From contig NC_042998.1 of assembly GCF_006345805.1 (NCBI RefSeq), positions 139,810,001-139,874,000 on the forward strand: a stretch of DNA of 64,000 nucleotides, in the 5' to 3' direction. Within the stretch, counting starts at the first letter, position 1. Each line of letters opens with the position of its first letter. The translations under genes were made by a program, and so were the position numbers. Under the pieces are notes generated by a model. The model searched no databases, had not been told where the DNA came from, and saw only the letters and a list, made by a program, of their open reading frames with translations. Positions 12,252 to 25,929 of the stretch are shown here, in pieces. This stretch comes from Octopus sinensis (taxonomy: Eukaryota).

Positions 12252-13186
12252 ATCAAATGCAGACGCAGATTTAATAAGCTGTTCGTCTGCTACATTTCTG
12301 GCCTTGTGTCCCATCATTATCATTGACATCATCATTGTGTCATCTTCATCATCATCACAATCTTCATCAATGTTTTAATGTCCACTTTACCATGCTAGCA
12401 TGGGTTGGGCAGAGTTTATTGAGGCAGATTTTCTGCAGCTAGAGACCTTTCCTGTCACCAACACTCACCTGTTTCCAAGCAAGGTAATATTTCCATGTGG
12501 CTGGACATATTTTCACAGTAGATCAGTAATGAATAACATTGCTTTCATGATAATACTTATGTTGTTCAAATTCCACCAAGGTCGACTTTGTCTTTCATCC
12601 TTTCAGGGTCAATAAATTAAGTACCAGTTGCATACTGAGGTCAATCTGATCGACTGGCCACCCCTCTCCAAAATTTTCGGGCCTTGTGTCTAGAGTAGAA
12701 AAGAATACTTATTTGCAACCATTGCACAACATCAAAACAAAAAGATACCAACTCTCTCTCTCCTTCTCTTTCCCTTTCTCTTTATCACTCTCACACACTC
12801 ACGCATACATTTTGTGTGTGTGTGTGTGTGTGTGTGCTTTCTTTCCTTTGTTTAGGCTCTTTACCTACCAGGCTTCCCAAGCACACCCACATGCTAACAT
12901 GAACCTAAAACAAAATGACATATATATATACACACACACACAACAATGCATCTAAACATATACACACACAATTCTTAAAAAAAACCCAAAAAAACATTAA
13001 CATGAATTTGATATAATTTGTATTACTATTTATTTTCCAAGCACTAGTGTGAACATCTCCTCAGGGGGATGAAAGTCAGAAGTGACCTCACTGGGATTTG
13101 AACTCAGGACACAAAGAACTCGAGCAATTCCCACAAGATGTATCTGATACTTTAATAATTCTGCCGATTGACCTATCGTTGGCAGA

Positions 13187-13410
13187 TATCATCATCAGCA
13201 TCAGCACTACCACCATCATTATAATCATCGTCATGGTCATTGTTGTTGTCGTCATTGCCATCATCATCAACATTACAGTCATCACCATCACCATCATTAT
13301 TATAATCATTATCATCATCATCATCATCACTGTAGTCACTGTCATCATCGTCGTCGTTGTCGTCATTATTATCATCATCATCATGTGCATCAACATCATT
13401 ATCACCATCA
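13187..13410. repeat. Degenerate (CAT)n microsatellite
   Basis: Direct inspection. Confidence 0.95.
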
Positions 13411-13412
13411 TT

Positions 13413-13684
13413 TTAACCCTTTAACATTTAATCCAGTCATATCCAGTCCAAATATTCTATGTTTTATGTTAAAACTGACAAGATCCGACCTCTCACACCT
13501 ACCCTACAATGTCATTCTAAAAATATATGAGTGGCTGTGTGGTAATAAGCTCGCTTCCCAACCACGTGGTTCCGGGTTCAGTCCCATTGCGTGATTCCTT
13601 GGGCAAGTGCCTTCTACTATAGCCTTGGGCCAACCAAAGCCTTGTGAGTGGATTTGATAAATGGAAACTTAGAGAAGCCCATCG

Positions 13685-13735
<51 letters not shown>

Positions 13736-14222
13736 TTGTGTGTGTGTGTATGTGTTTGTGTGTATGTGTTTGTGTGTCTGTGTTTGTTTCCTCCACCATC
13801 GCTTGATAACGGATGTTGGTGTGTTTACGTCCCTGTAACTTAGCAGTTCAGCACAAGTCACCAATAAAATAAGTACTAGACTTACAAAGAATAAGTCCTG
13901 GGGACGATTAGTTTGACTAATTGTGGTGCTCCAGCACGGCTAAAGTCAAATGACTGAAACAAGTAAAAGAATAAAAGAATATGCACCATTGAAATCTTGA
14001 AGCTACAAGACAATGCTTGATAACATTATTTACATTATTTACATATGACGGATATTTGTCCTCATCTTGTTGAGGACAAATATCTGTCAAATGTAAATAA
14101 TGTAAATAATGTACATAATTCCTCATCTCTTAGATATAGAACTGCAATGCTTGATTAATTCAAAACCACATGAATAAATACGCAATACATTTCACAGAAT
14201 AATCAGAATGCTAAAGGGTTAA
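13413..14222. mobile_element. piggyBac-type MITE interrupted by a family A SINE (about 13528-13980) and a palindromic insert
   Basis: ttaa-ccctttaacatt ... aatgctaaaggg-ttaa termini; related copies at 52769-52991 and 56774-56965. Confidence 0.75.
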
Positions 14223-14718
14223 TGTTCAGATTTCCATTCTTGCATGGGTCAGAACAGAATTTGTTGAAGCGAATTTTCTTCAGCTAGATGCCCTTCCTGT
14301 CTCCAACCCTTATTTGTCACTAAGCAAAGCAATAAGTTTTCTGTGGAAAGCTTGACAAACAATACTGCTTGTACAACAGTGATGCTCATTTACAACTGTT
14401 GTAATAGACAAGGAAGTACAAACATGTACCACACATATACACTACATATATCTTTTATTTTTTTACTTGTTTCAGCCATTAGACTTCAGCCAAGCTGGGG
14501 CATCACCCTAAAGAGTTTTTAGTCAAATGAATCAACCCCTGCACTTATTTTCTTTTGTTAAGCCTGGTACTTATTTTATCAGTCTCTTTTGCTGAACTGC
14601 TAAGATACAGAAATGTAAACACACCAACACCAGTTGTCAAGTAGTGGTGGGGCACAAACACAGATACAAAGACACACACACTCTCTCTTTCTTTTTCTCA
14701 CCCACATAAACACTCTCT

Positions 14719-14754
<36 letters not shown>

Positions 14755-15654
14755 AGCACACAATACACAACACTTTAGCTCAGATAAACAGGCATGGCCA
14801 TATGGTTATGAAGTTCACATCACAACCACATGGTTCCTGGTTCAATCACACTATACAGCACCTTCAGCAAGTATCTTCCACTATAGCCCTGGACACACCA
14901 AAGTCTTGTGAATGGGTTGGGAGAAAAAAACTGAAAACCTATCATGTATTAGTTCAAAGTAGCAATCTGTGCACCATATTTAGAGCAGATACATTTAGTA
15001 CAATCTGCTGTTTTATTGCTCTCACAGTATCTTAGAGGTGATGAAAACAATTGTTAATAATCATCTCTCTTTAGTCATTCTCCTTCCTCAGTAATCACCA
15101 GTGTGCTTTCATTAAAGCTAGACTTTTGCAGTATGTTACTTTGAGAAGGAAAGAGGTGATGAATTAGGCTGGTTAGTGCAGAGAGAAGAGAGAACATCTG
15201 ACTGTGGCCATGCTGGGGCTCCACCTTGAAGAATTTTTAGTTGAATGAATCAGCATCAGTATTTTTTTTTTGCGTGGTGTGTTTTTAAGCCTGGTACATG
15301 TTCTATTGACCTCTTTTGCCAAATTGCTATGTTACTGGGATGTAAACATTGGTTATCCAGCAGTGGTGGGAGACAAACACACACACACACACATGTATAT
15401 GTATATATTTATATGTATATATATGTGTGTGCATATATATATATAGAACAGGCTTCTTTCAGTTTCTATCTACCAAATCTACTTACAAGGCTTTACTTGG
15501 CCCAAGGCTATTGTTGAAGACACTTGCCAAAGGTGCCACACAGTGGGACTGAACCCAGAACCCAGAAATCAGGAAATCCACAGAGAAAAAGTGTTAGTAG
15601 CTGATTTCTCTGCTCTGTGTTGTGTGTGTATATGAAGAGTGGTTTTGTGTTACT

Positions 15655-16190
15655 ATAGTAGCCAATAGGCTGCATGCAGCTCTCATCTGTTATTTATTTA
15701 TAGGTTGTACTTGTTAATTAACACAGCTGCCTGTATCCTCAAATTCCCAGTGTTTCTTTTTGTAGCTTAAACAGAAATTTGGATGTGGCATTTCCATAGG
15801 TGTTTTTTGACAGAAGCATTAGCATAGAGATGTTCTTTAACCTGTATGTGGACTTATTTCATGGTACTTTTGATGTAGAATTCATTACATTTGCTACATG
15901 TGATTTTATACACCATGTAGGACTGCACATGTATGTTTTCATCTTTGATTGATCACTTGAGTAATGTATATATGGTGCTGTTTAGTTTTGGCCTGTTTTC
16001 AGCTAGGAATCTCCTCAGGGAAGGTCCAGAGTGTGACAATCATAAATTCAATCTATCCCCATGTATCGCACAGTGGATTGAAGCAGTTGTATTTTTATTA
16101 AAATGTAGCAGTTTCAGAAAACTGGGTGTGGGGGTTTTGTAAGGTGGTTCAGTGATGTCCTGACATTTAGTGAAAGAGTATGGATAACCA
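15655..16190 (-). mobile_element. Penelope-like element relic, GIY-YIG endonuclease region
   Basis: Minus translation MVYKITCSKCNEFYIKSTMK*VHIQVKEHL fits the PLE pattern VYxIxCxxCxxxYIGxT...RxKEH. Confidence 0.75.
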
Positions 16191-17653
16191 TTCTCCATCA
16201 TGACTTTTCAGAATTGTAATATGTTGGTGCTTTTACTTCTACACATTTCCATCTACCCAATTCATTTACAAGGCTTTGGTTGGTCCAGAGCTATAGTAGA
16301 AGATACTTGCCCAAGGTACTGCACAGAGGGACTGAACCTGAAACCATATGATTACAAAGCAAGCTTTTTAACCGCACAGGCATGCCTGCACTTATTTATT
16401 GATTCTGGGGTATCATATCACAGACTTTCCTAACTTATGCCAGCATGGTTAAAATGGACATTAATACAAATACAGTGATAACAATGATGAATTGTCATTA
16501 TTCAGATTATTTTTAATGACCTTTTCTCTCCCTATTTATATTTGATTTTTTTCTTTAATTCTAAATGTTGAAGTCCTTTAATTGACTTTAAAAATTAACT
16601 AACTTAAGTAAAAAATAAAAAAATAAAAAATAAAAAAAATTATGTCCCTAACATCCTTCCATAGCAGATACTATCTAATTTGTCTAATCAAGGAATTGAT
16701 TAAAGGTGCCACTAGGTTTAGGAATTACCTGACCTTTTCTGAAGTGTTCCAGAAAATCTCTCCAATCTTGCCATTAAACCAGCTTGATATAATTCAAGAA
16801 CAACTATTACAGTACTAATTACAGTTGATTTTGTTAATTTCAAAATAAAAAAATAAATAAATTCACATTTAAGGTGTTGAGGTAGAATCTGTAATTTTCA
16901 ACACTTAATGTTTGAAGAATATGTCTTGGCAGAGTAATAAGGCCTAGTGTGAAAGCTGTTAGAAATCACTCTACATTGTTGATGTGATTTTACACTTGGG
17001 AAAGCATTAATTATTAAAATATTATCTTTAAAATCTTCATACCATATTTAGGAAAGGACGTAAATTTTGAGTATTCTTTAAAATGGAAGTGTATATTATT
17101 TTACTTTTTAAGACAAAATTACCTGGTCCAAACTAATCTATGAGGTACTTCTTCTTCATCATCATCATCATCATTTAATGTCCAGCTTCCATATCACTAT
17201 GGGTAGTATGGTTGTATTATAGGGTCTGATGAGTTGGAGGGTGGTGTCTAACTCCAATGACTACTTTGGCAAGGTTTCTCTGGCTTGATACACTTCCTCA
17301 TACCAACAACTTTACACAGTGTATTGAGTGCTTTTCTTCATGACACCAGCACTAGTGATGATCACCTCATAACTTACAAGATCAACACTCTAAAGTGGAT
17401 CCTATAACTGAGGCAGAAAAGGAGAGCAGGCAATGATCTTAGGCAGAGGAATGAAGAGTGTTAAGTAAGAGGAGAGAAAAGAGGGGTTTAGTGACAGGGT
17501 TGAGAAAAAAAAAAGGCTAGAGATGGAAAAGATGATTGAGTAGATAAATTTCACTCTGTAAATTAATGAATTTATATTTTGAAATACCAATCAAAATATA
17601 ATCTTCCTTGCTAATCAATTTTATTAACATTTTATTTTAGAATATCTATCATA

Positions 17654-17781
17654 TAGGCACAGGTGTGGCTGTGTGGTAAGTAGCTTGTTTACCAACCACA
17701 TGGTTCCGGCTTCAGTCCCACTGCATGGCACCTTGGGCAAGTAAGTGGATTTGGTAGATGGAAACTGAAAGAAACCCGTCG

Positions 17782-17812
<31 letters not shown>

Positions 17813-18017
17813 ATGTGTTTGTTCCCCCACCATTGCTTGACAATCGATGCTGGTGTGTTTATGTCTCTGTAACTTAGCGGTTTGGCAAAAGAGACTGATA
17901 GAATAAGTACTAGGCTTACAAAGAATAAGTCCTGGGGTCGATTTGTTTGACTAAAGGCAGTGCTTCAGCATGGCTACAGTCAAATGACTGAAACAAGTAA
18001 AAGAAAAAAGAATAAGA
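17654..18017 (+). mobile_element. SINE family A (small internal deletion)
   Basis: Same head and tail as 11839-12251. Confidence 0.85.
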
Positions 18018-18047
18018 ATATATTGAATACTAATATTTTCTCAGAAT

Positions 18048-18262
18048 AAGGTGGTGAAATGGCTGAATCATTACCATGCCAGGCAAAATGCTTAGCGACA
18101 TTTCATCTCTCTTTATATTCTGAGTTCAAATTCTGCTAAGGTTGACTTTGCCCTCCATCCTTTCAGGGTCGTTAAAATAAGTTCTAGTTGCACACTGGGG
18201 TCAATGCAACTGACTTAACCCTCCTCCAAAATTGCTGTCCTTGTGCCAAAATTTGAAACCAT
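18048..18262 (+). mobile_element. SINE family B
   Basis: Head and Meta-like core present. Confidence 0.8.
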
Positions 18263-18586
18263 TGTTTTCATAGAATTTCTGTCTTACTGGGACTAATCTT
18301 CATGACATTAGCAATTTGTAACACTGACTGACTTATCTTCAATTTCTAAACTTACCTTTGTTTCTTGATGGCATTCATTCTTTCACCTTAAAATTGTACA
18401 CTCCAGGGCTAGCACCTAACCACTCCAGAATCCTCAAAACTCTCTCTCAATAGGAATCTGTTCAGATATTTGGAAACATTCTACAGTGTGTCACATCTCC
18501 CAAATGACATTTCTTATCATTCACATCACTTTCACTTCCAGTATTTGAAAGTTGACAGAAACAATTGTTAATAATCATCCCTTTTA

Positions 18587-18945
18587 TCATCATCATTGTT
18601 CGACCGTGGTCGAGACAATGGAATTTACTATGTTACGCTAGACTTCACGGTCCATCATAGCATTATGGAGGTCCTGTTGCTGGATGCCTGTATCCCTGAA
18701 GATTACATCAGGGTAGGAGAGTGTGCGCCCTCTGGTATCGCAAGCAGATGGCTTCCAGGGAAGAAGAGTAGAAATTACCTCGTTTTCAGCTCTACAACAA
18801 TGTCCAGCAAACTGGACTCTTCTACCTTTCACAAGAGATGATACAGGTGGTAGTTTCCCATATATTTGTACTTTGGTTGGATGACGCTTCTATGAGAGAT
18901 TTTGAGCTCTCATAAGGAGACGAGTGCAAGTTCCATCCAACCATC
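18587..18945 (-). mobile_element. RTE-clade LINE 3' fragment
   Basis: RRVQFAGHCCRAENEVISTLLPWKP...RGRTLSYPDVI...MMDREV followed by a (ATG)n tail. Confidence 0.85.
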
Positions 18946-19301
18946 ACTCCCTTTCCGCAGTAACCAGCACCAGTATGCTTTCCTTGATGTTAGACTTGCT
19001 CTATGTTATTTTAAGAAAGAAAGAGGAGAAAAAATAATACATGGCTAGGATACTGGTAAAGGATAGGGAAGAGTGAAGCCATCTGTTGAAAAGAAAAGAA
19101 CAGCTTCTTGTGGAAGTGGGTAGTGTCTTGTATCATCTATATACAACCTAAACATCTCATCTCAGAGACATACAGTTTCTGAGAAGAGAGACCTTGAGCA
19201 CAATCCTCAACTTAGCCTCTTTCAACATCACTAACAGAAATCAAACAATATACATAGGTAGAAAGCAGTATTACTCTCTTTGATTACGAACAATTCATAA
19301 T

Positions 19302-19458
19302 CAGGCATGGCTGTGTGGTAAGAAGTTTGCTTCCCAGCCACATGGTTCTGGGTTCAGTCTCACTGTGTGGCATCTTGGGCAAGTGTCTTCTGCTATATCC
19401 TCACGCTGACCAAAGCCCTGTGAGTGGATATGGTAGACAGAAACTGAAAGAAGTCCCT

Positions 19459-19506
<48 letters not shown>

Positions 19507-19757
19507 CGTGTGTGCGTGCATGTGCATTCATGTGTGTGTATGGGTTCTATCTTTGTCTTTGTCCTCCACCACCACTAGACAATTGGTGTTGGTTTGTTTA
19601 CAACCCTGTAACTTAGCTGTTCAGTAAAAAGAGAATGATAGAATAAGTACTAGACTTTAAAGAACATATATCTGGGGTTAATTTGTTTGACTAAACTCTT
19701 CAAAGTTATGCCCCAGTATGGTTGCAGTCTAATGACTGAAACAAGTAAAAGATAAAC
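19302..19757 (+). mobile_element. SINE family A
   Basis: Head, (TG)n centre and tail. Confidence 0.8.
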
Positions 19758-19894
19758 GATAGAACCTTCACAGTAATACCAAATACCAGACTTGACAATC
19801 TCTGATGATTTCACATAAAAATCCTGACAGCTTTCACAAAACTACTTCACATACTGTACAATCCCAGCACCAACCAATTGCTATATTCCACAAA

Positions 19895-20287
19895 TCTCTC
19901 TCTATATAAAGCTGAAGTTGTCTGTGTATGGCAGGTTTGGTAGCCTTCAACTAACACTATCTTCTCCGAGACCCTGCGGTGTAAGTTGACCAAAATTGAG
20001 AGTATGATAGAAGAAGGCTTGCTCTTCCTTCCATAGAAGAAAAAAATTCAAATCGGACCATGTTAGCACCAAAAATTATTTACATCAAAAAGGTGCTTTT
20101 TTTCTATGAAAATCCCTATTTTTTACGATTTTTGGACTGCTGTGTCGCCATTTTTCGGTGTATTTCAACCAGAAAAATGTTCACTTAAAGAGAATAACAA
20201 GCTACATAATGCAAAATTTTTACTTTTCAAAAATTCCAATTCTAAAGGGTCGAAATAAACCCGAGCAACGCCGGGCGATACTGCTAG
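19895..20287 (+). mobile_element. Non-autonomous Helitron
   Basis: Inserted between A and T, 5' TC, 3' CTAG, GC hairpin cccgagcaacgccggg at 20260-20275, no TSD. Confidence 0.85.
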
Positions 20288-21734
20288 TCTTAAATAAAAC
20301 TGATATGTACAGCTCACATCTATTGGCTAGAGTTGCTGATATAAACAAACAATCTTTGACTAAATTCAAAATCCAAAAGAAAACGATTCAACTGATTGAT
20401 GAAGATTTATCGTGGGCTCTCCCATACTTGAAAGACTTCTTTTTGCTACGTATACACATAAGCAGTGAAAACACAGGCACTAACATTTGGATTATAAAAC
20501 AGGAAAAATAATGGTCAACATTTCATGCTCTTTGGTAAATATATCTTAGAGTCACCTGGAGTTATAAACAACTCAGGCAGGAATGTGATGGAAGCAGGAG
20601 ATTCAATTGGTTGAAATTAGCGTCGTAAATTGCCCAATGACGTTATAAGATAGAGGTTGGTTTGAGCCGATTTTGACGACAGATTTCAACTTGTTCATTT
20701 AGAGATTAAACGATCTTGATTGTGTCAATTCATCGTGGTATGTTTCAAGTTACCTTTCGCCTCTCGCCTCTTCTCCTTCATAAACACATTCTTACAATAT
20801 CTTCCATACTCTCCATTTATTTATAATGAACGGCTCAAGTAAGAATTTTTCTGATTTAAATTCTGTCTGAATTCTCAATGCTACTCTAAATATTATATGT
20901 AAATATTAATAAGTGTACAGAATCTAAGTATTTTTTAAAATTATTAGAGAACTGACGGTGTTAAATAACATTAGCTATTAGATAAAAAAAATGTATTAAA
21001 AAAAGCCAACGAGAAAACCTTTAAATTACTTGACCTACTAAAAAATAGCAGCTAATACGTCTTCAAACTATACTTTCCATTCTTAAAGAGAACGGTAATA
21101 GCAGCGTTAGGGGTGGTGGAGAGGGGTCAGTCCGCCCTAGGCGACACTTTTTCAAGGCAGGACCTTTGGGTTTACTGTATAAGCCTGTATAGCAATCAAG
21201 GGCAAATTGCAGCCCGTGGGAATGGTACGCCAACAAAAAATTACCTTGAATTTTTTTTTATATTGCGGCCCGCCTTGTGATGAACCATGTTTCATGTGGC
21301 CCACTTCTCAAAAAAGGTTACTGATGCCTGCTGCATAAGCTTAGAGGCTCCGGTGGGAGGGCGTGGATCGGCAAACATAAGAGCTAACCCGAGCGGTTAC
21401 ACTTGTAATTACACCCACCGAGAAAACGCACATTAAGATTTGTACTCCTAGATAACCCCCTCCACCGCATACACAATGAATTCGTTGGTCATCATCAATA
21501 GAATGCGTGTTTTTTTTTATCATAAGTTTGTTCAATCAGAATTAACCTGGAGCTTAAACAACAGACGTTATGATGACAACAATGACGGCCGTCATGATGA
21601 CGATGACGAGATGATGATGATGATGATGATGATAACGACGATGAAGGCAATATTTTATCTTTGTCATTTCAATTAACATCTCGATTTTCTTTGATTTATA
21701 ATATCAGTTTACAATTTTAGAAGTTATACAACAT

Positions 21735-22102
21735 TACATAACATACTAAAATAACTTTAATGGCTTTTAAACTTAGTAAAATAAGTTGTTTACAACGACT
21801 CCACCTACATCGATGATGTACAGACGACAAAGTATGTCTGTCTGTGTCTGTTCATAAAATAAATTGTATGTTTCTGTGTGTGTGTGTGTGTGTGTGTGTT
21901 TCTGTGTATGTGTGTGCGTGCGTGTTTAAATCTGTGTACACATATATATGTGGGGGGGGGTGTATACATACATATATACATACATACACATGCATATATG
22001 TGTGTGTATATATGCATGTATATATGTATATATATAATACTTATTGTGTATGGTATATGTGGGGTATATTGACGCACGTGCAGTCACACACACCACGCAC
22101 AG

Positions 22103-22169
<67 letters not shown>

Positions 22170-22388
22170 GTATATACATATATATATAATATATATATAT
22201 ATAATATATATATATACATATACATATATGTATATACATATACATATATGTATATACATATATATATATGTATATACATATATTATATACATATATGTAT
22301 ATACATATATATATATGTATATACATATATATATATATATATATATACATATAGTATATACATATATATATATGTATATACATATATT

Positions 22389-22420
<32 letters not shown>

Positions 22421-22865
22421 GTATGTACATATATATATATGTATATACATATTATATATATATATACATATAATATATATATACATATGTATATACATAT
22501 ATATATATATATACACACACACACATACACACTGTATATAGAGTCCATATATTAGTTATACATCTACTTTTTATACACATACATATATATCTAAAAATAA
22601 TCACTATATTTATATATCTATATACATATAACCATGTATGCACACATTCCCTCTGTCTCCAATACACACACAATATACAGATATCTATATATATGTATAT
22701 ATATATATACACACATATACATATATATATATTCACACACATATATATACATATATATATAGATACATGTATATACATATACACAGACATACACACACAC
22801 ACATATATACACACATATATGCATACTATATATATATAGATATACCTATATATATATATATACAC

Positions 22866-22898
<33 letters not shown>

Positions 22899-23485
22899 TA
22901 TGTGTGTGTATATACATACATAAAGAGAGTGGAGGGGATGAAACACTAAATCTAATTAGCAGTGTTGTTTTAATTTCTTTCATTTCATTCCATTCCATTT
23001 CATCACATTGCCCTCTCACCCATTCCTGCACCCCACTGTCTTTGTTCATATTCTCTATCCCTCTCTCTCTCCCCCCTCTCTCTCTCTTCTCTCTCTCTCT
23101 CTCTCTCCGCAAGAACCCATAACTATGGCAGAGGGGTGGAAGGCGGATGTTCTGCTAAACAATATCTCTTCATTACTTTACATTATTTTATCGCTCTTTC
23201 AGAAAAACAAATGTTTTTTTATTGGTTTCATTTTTCCTTTTTTTTTTTTATTTTCAAAGCAAAAATCTGTTGCTTTGTTGTTGTTGTTATTGTTGGATTT
23301 TTTTTATTTTTGTTTTTAAATAAATTTCAAATAAGAAAAATGAGAGATGAAACAACACGAAAATTAAAAATAAAAAAAGTCCAAACAAAAACAAAAACGA
23401 AACAAAACAAAATTAAAACCTGACTCAGAGAAAACCAGAAAGGAAATAACTTGAAACTACAAACACACACACACACGCACACACA

Positions 23486-23516
<31 letters not shown>

Positions 23517-23579
23517 CCACACACAACAACAACAACTCCAAAAGACAGGAATTGTCGACTCGTTAAGATATTCAGTGAG
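21735..23579 (-). other. Putative 3' UTR of the minus-strand gene
   Basis: Downstream of the stop at 23580, no SINE insertions, microsatellite-rich, ATTAAA at 21756-21761. Confidence 0.45.
21878..22920. repeat. Long compound (TG)/(TA)/(CA) microsatellite
   Basis: Direct inspection. Confidence 0.95.
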
Positions 23580-23608
23580 TTAGACAATTTCATTAATTGA
23601 GACATTGT
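23580..23608 (-). CDS. Terminal coding exon of the same gene ((N)NVSINEIV*)
   Basis: Acceptor gattgctgtttctaacag; phase 1 matches the 38319 donor. Followed by about 1.9 kb of TE-free sequence that is U-rich on the minus strand, with ATTAAA at 21756-21761. Confidence 0.6.
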
Positions 23609-23943
23609 CTGTTAGAAACAGCAATCATAAAACTTGTATTAATTGCAAAATGTATAAAAAGATAAATATGTAATTGAAAATTGAAAATAAACAAAAGAAT
23701 TTATCCCCACACCACCACTGCCACCACCACCACCACCACGACCACCACTATTATCATCGTACACCCCCTTCCTGTTCTATCTCTCTAGAAAACAGCATTG
23801 CTACCACAGTCATCATCAGGTTCGCTCAACCAACACTGAAATTCAAGGATATCCAAAAACTAAAGTTCTGAGTGATGTCGAACTCACCATCTGCTAATTT
23901 TTTTTTTTTGTTACCTTTTTTTTGTTTATGTTAGCATTAGAAT

Positions 23944-23980
<37 letters not shown>

Positions 23981-25413
23981 CCATCACCATCATCAAAAAC
24001 AGTAATTAAAACATTGATGTTTTAAATGACCATTTTTTTTTCTGTTTTATATTTTCAATGTTGGTATGGTTTGGATAGGAGATCAACACTGCTTCATATT
24101 GCTATTTATTTTTCGATACTGTATATCAAAAATAAATAACAGACATAGGCATGGTTGTGTGTAACTAAGAAGTTTGCTTCCAAACCACATGGTTTTGGGT
24201 TCAGTCCCATTGTATGGTACCTTAGGCATGTGCCTTCTGTTAGAGACCTAGTCCAACCAAAGCCTTGAGTGGATTTGGTTGATGGAAACTGAAAGAAGTT
24301 CATTGTGTTATCATCATCATCATCATCATCATCATTTAACGTCCATTTTCCTTGCTGGCATGAGTTGGATAGTTTGACAAGGGTCCAGTGAGTGTGAGGA
24401 CTATATAGTTCTTCGGTATCTACTTTGGCTTGGTTTCTGCAGCTGGGTACCCTTCCTAATGCCAACCACTTTACAGTGTGTACTGGGTACTTTTTTTACG
24501 TGTCACCTGCATGTAGCTCTAAGTCTACAAACCCAAGGAAGGGGTGGGGGTGTTGCATCCTTATGTTAGATGGTGGTTGAGGTATGAGGGAGGAGGTTTG
24601 GGTAGAGCAGGTTCTTGTTGTAAAGTAGTTACATAGCTCTTCACATGTAGAAGAGAGAAAGAGAGAGAGAGTGAGAATGAATTGGTGGTATCTCCAAAGT
24701 GGTAGATAGTGGTGATGAGATGTCCAGGTGGCACCCAAGTATGATGGTTAATAATGGGTGAGGGTTTGTGAGAGTGCATGGGAGAGTGGTAGGAGAAATG
24801 CGAGAGGGTAGTATGTAGGCATCATCTATGAATATTGGGAAGGGTTGAAGGAATGGGTTGCTCAAGATAGGGAAGCCCAGAGGGATGCTAGTGGCAGAAT
24901 AGTAATGATAATGATACCATTGACAGGGGGAGAGGGTAAGTCAATTACATCAACTCCAGTGTGTAACTGGTACATATTTTATCAATCCTAAAAAGATGAA
25001 AGGCAAAGTTGACCTTGGTGGAATTTGAACTAATTTGTTATAGGTGCCTGTGTAGTGGCAAGAAAACACAGACACTCTCGCAGTGCACTTATCCTTGACC
25101 TAGTAAAACAGCAAGGGTTGCCAACTGGTGTGTGAAAGAGCTGCAGCAGCCCATGACTGGTACTCATTTTTAGTTGAGTAGACTGGAAAATAGTGACCTT
25201 TTCAAGTTATGCTGCCTCATAAGGGCCAGTTTCCTGGTTTCCATGGCGTATATCTTCCCCACCTGGATGGGATGCCAGCCTGTCATAGGATTACTCATTT
25301 TTGCCAGCTAAGTGGACTGGAGCAACTTGAAATGAAGTGTTTTGCTCAAGAACACAATGTGTCACCCTGTCCAGGAATTGAAATCACAATCTTACGATCA
25401 TGAATCCAACTCC

Positions 25414-25577
25414 CACTAGTGTAGCTAGGGGAGGAGGTAGGGGTAGCACTTTTAAAGGGGTGGCACTTTTCATCCTGTTTTAGGCTATTACTGTAGGCAA
25501 TATATGTTTTCTGTGGGGTCCAGGGGCAACAAGCAGAAGAGCCACCCCGGGCAGCACACACTCTAGCTACGCTAGTA
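25414..25577. mobile_element. hAT-type MITE nested in a SINE
   Basis: TIR cactagtgtagctag / ctagctacgctagt; 8-bp TSD ccaactcc/ccaacacc; relatives at about 34920-35085 and 38524-38704. Confidence 0.7.
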
Positions 25578-25929
25578 CCAACACCCTAACTGCTAAGCCA
25601 CATGCCTCCACAGTTGTGTAGACTGGAGTAATGTAAAATGAAGTGCCTGGAATCGAACTCATGACCATTAGCCCAATGTCCTAATCAACAGGCTCTGTAC
25701 CATGAATGTAACAGTAACCAAACCTCTTTCACCGTCTTTAAAACAGTAGATACCATATGATTTGAAATTTTGACTTAATATTAGTTTCACATTTTGGCAC
25801 AAGGCCAACAATTTTGAGGGAGAGGTAAGTTGATTACATCAACCCCAGTGTTGAACTGGTACTTGCCTGGCATGTCAATGATTCTGCCAGCTCACTACCT
25901 TATTTTAACTTAATATTAGATCTTCATCA

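Noticed and set aside
13088-13424. Poly-Met/Ile ORFs, and poly-His/Asp/Met ORFs at 48120-48515
   Set aside because: (CAT)n microsatellite translations.
15045-18579. 21-bp direct match aaacaattgttaataatcatc at about 15045 and 18559
   Set aside because: AT-rich and short; no element boundaries support a target-site duplication.
20158-20511. 117-aa ORF
   Set aside because: GTG start inside the Helitron and runs across its 3' boundary; no domain recognised.
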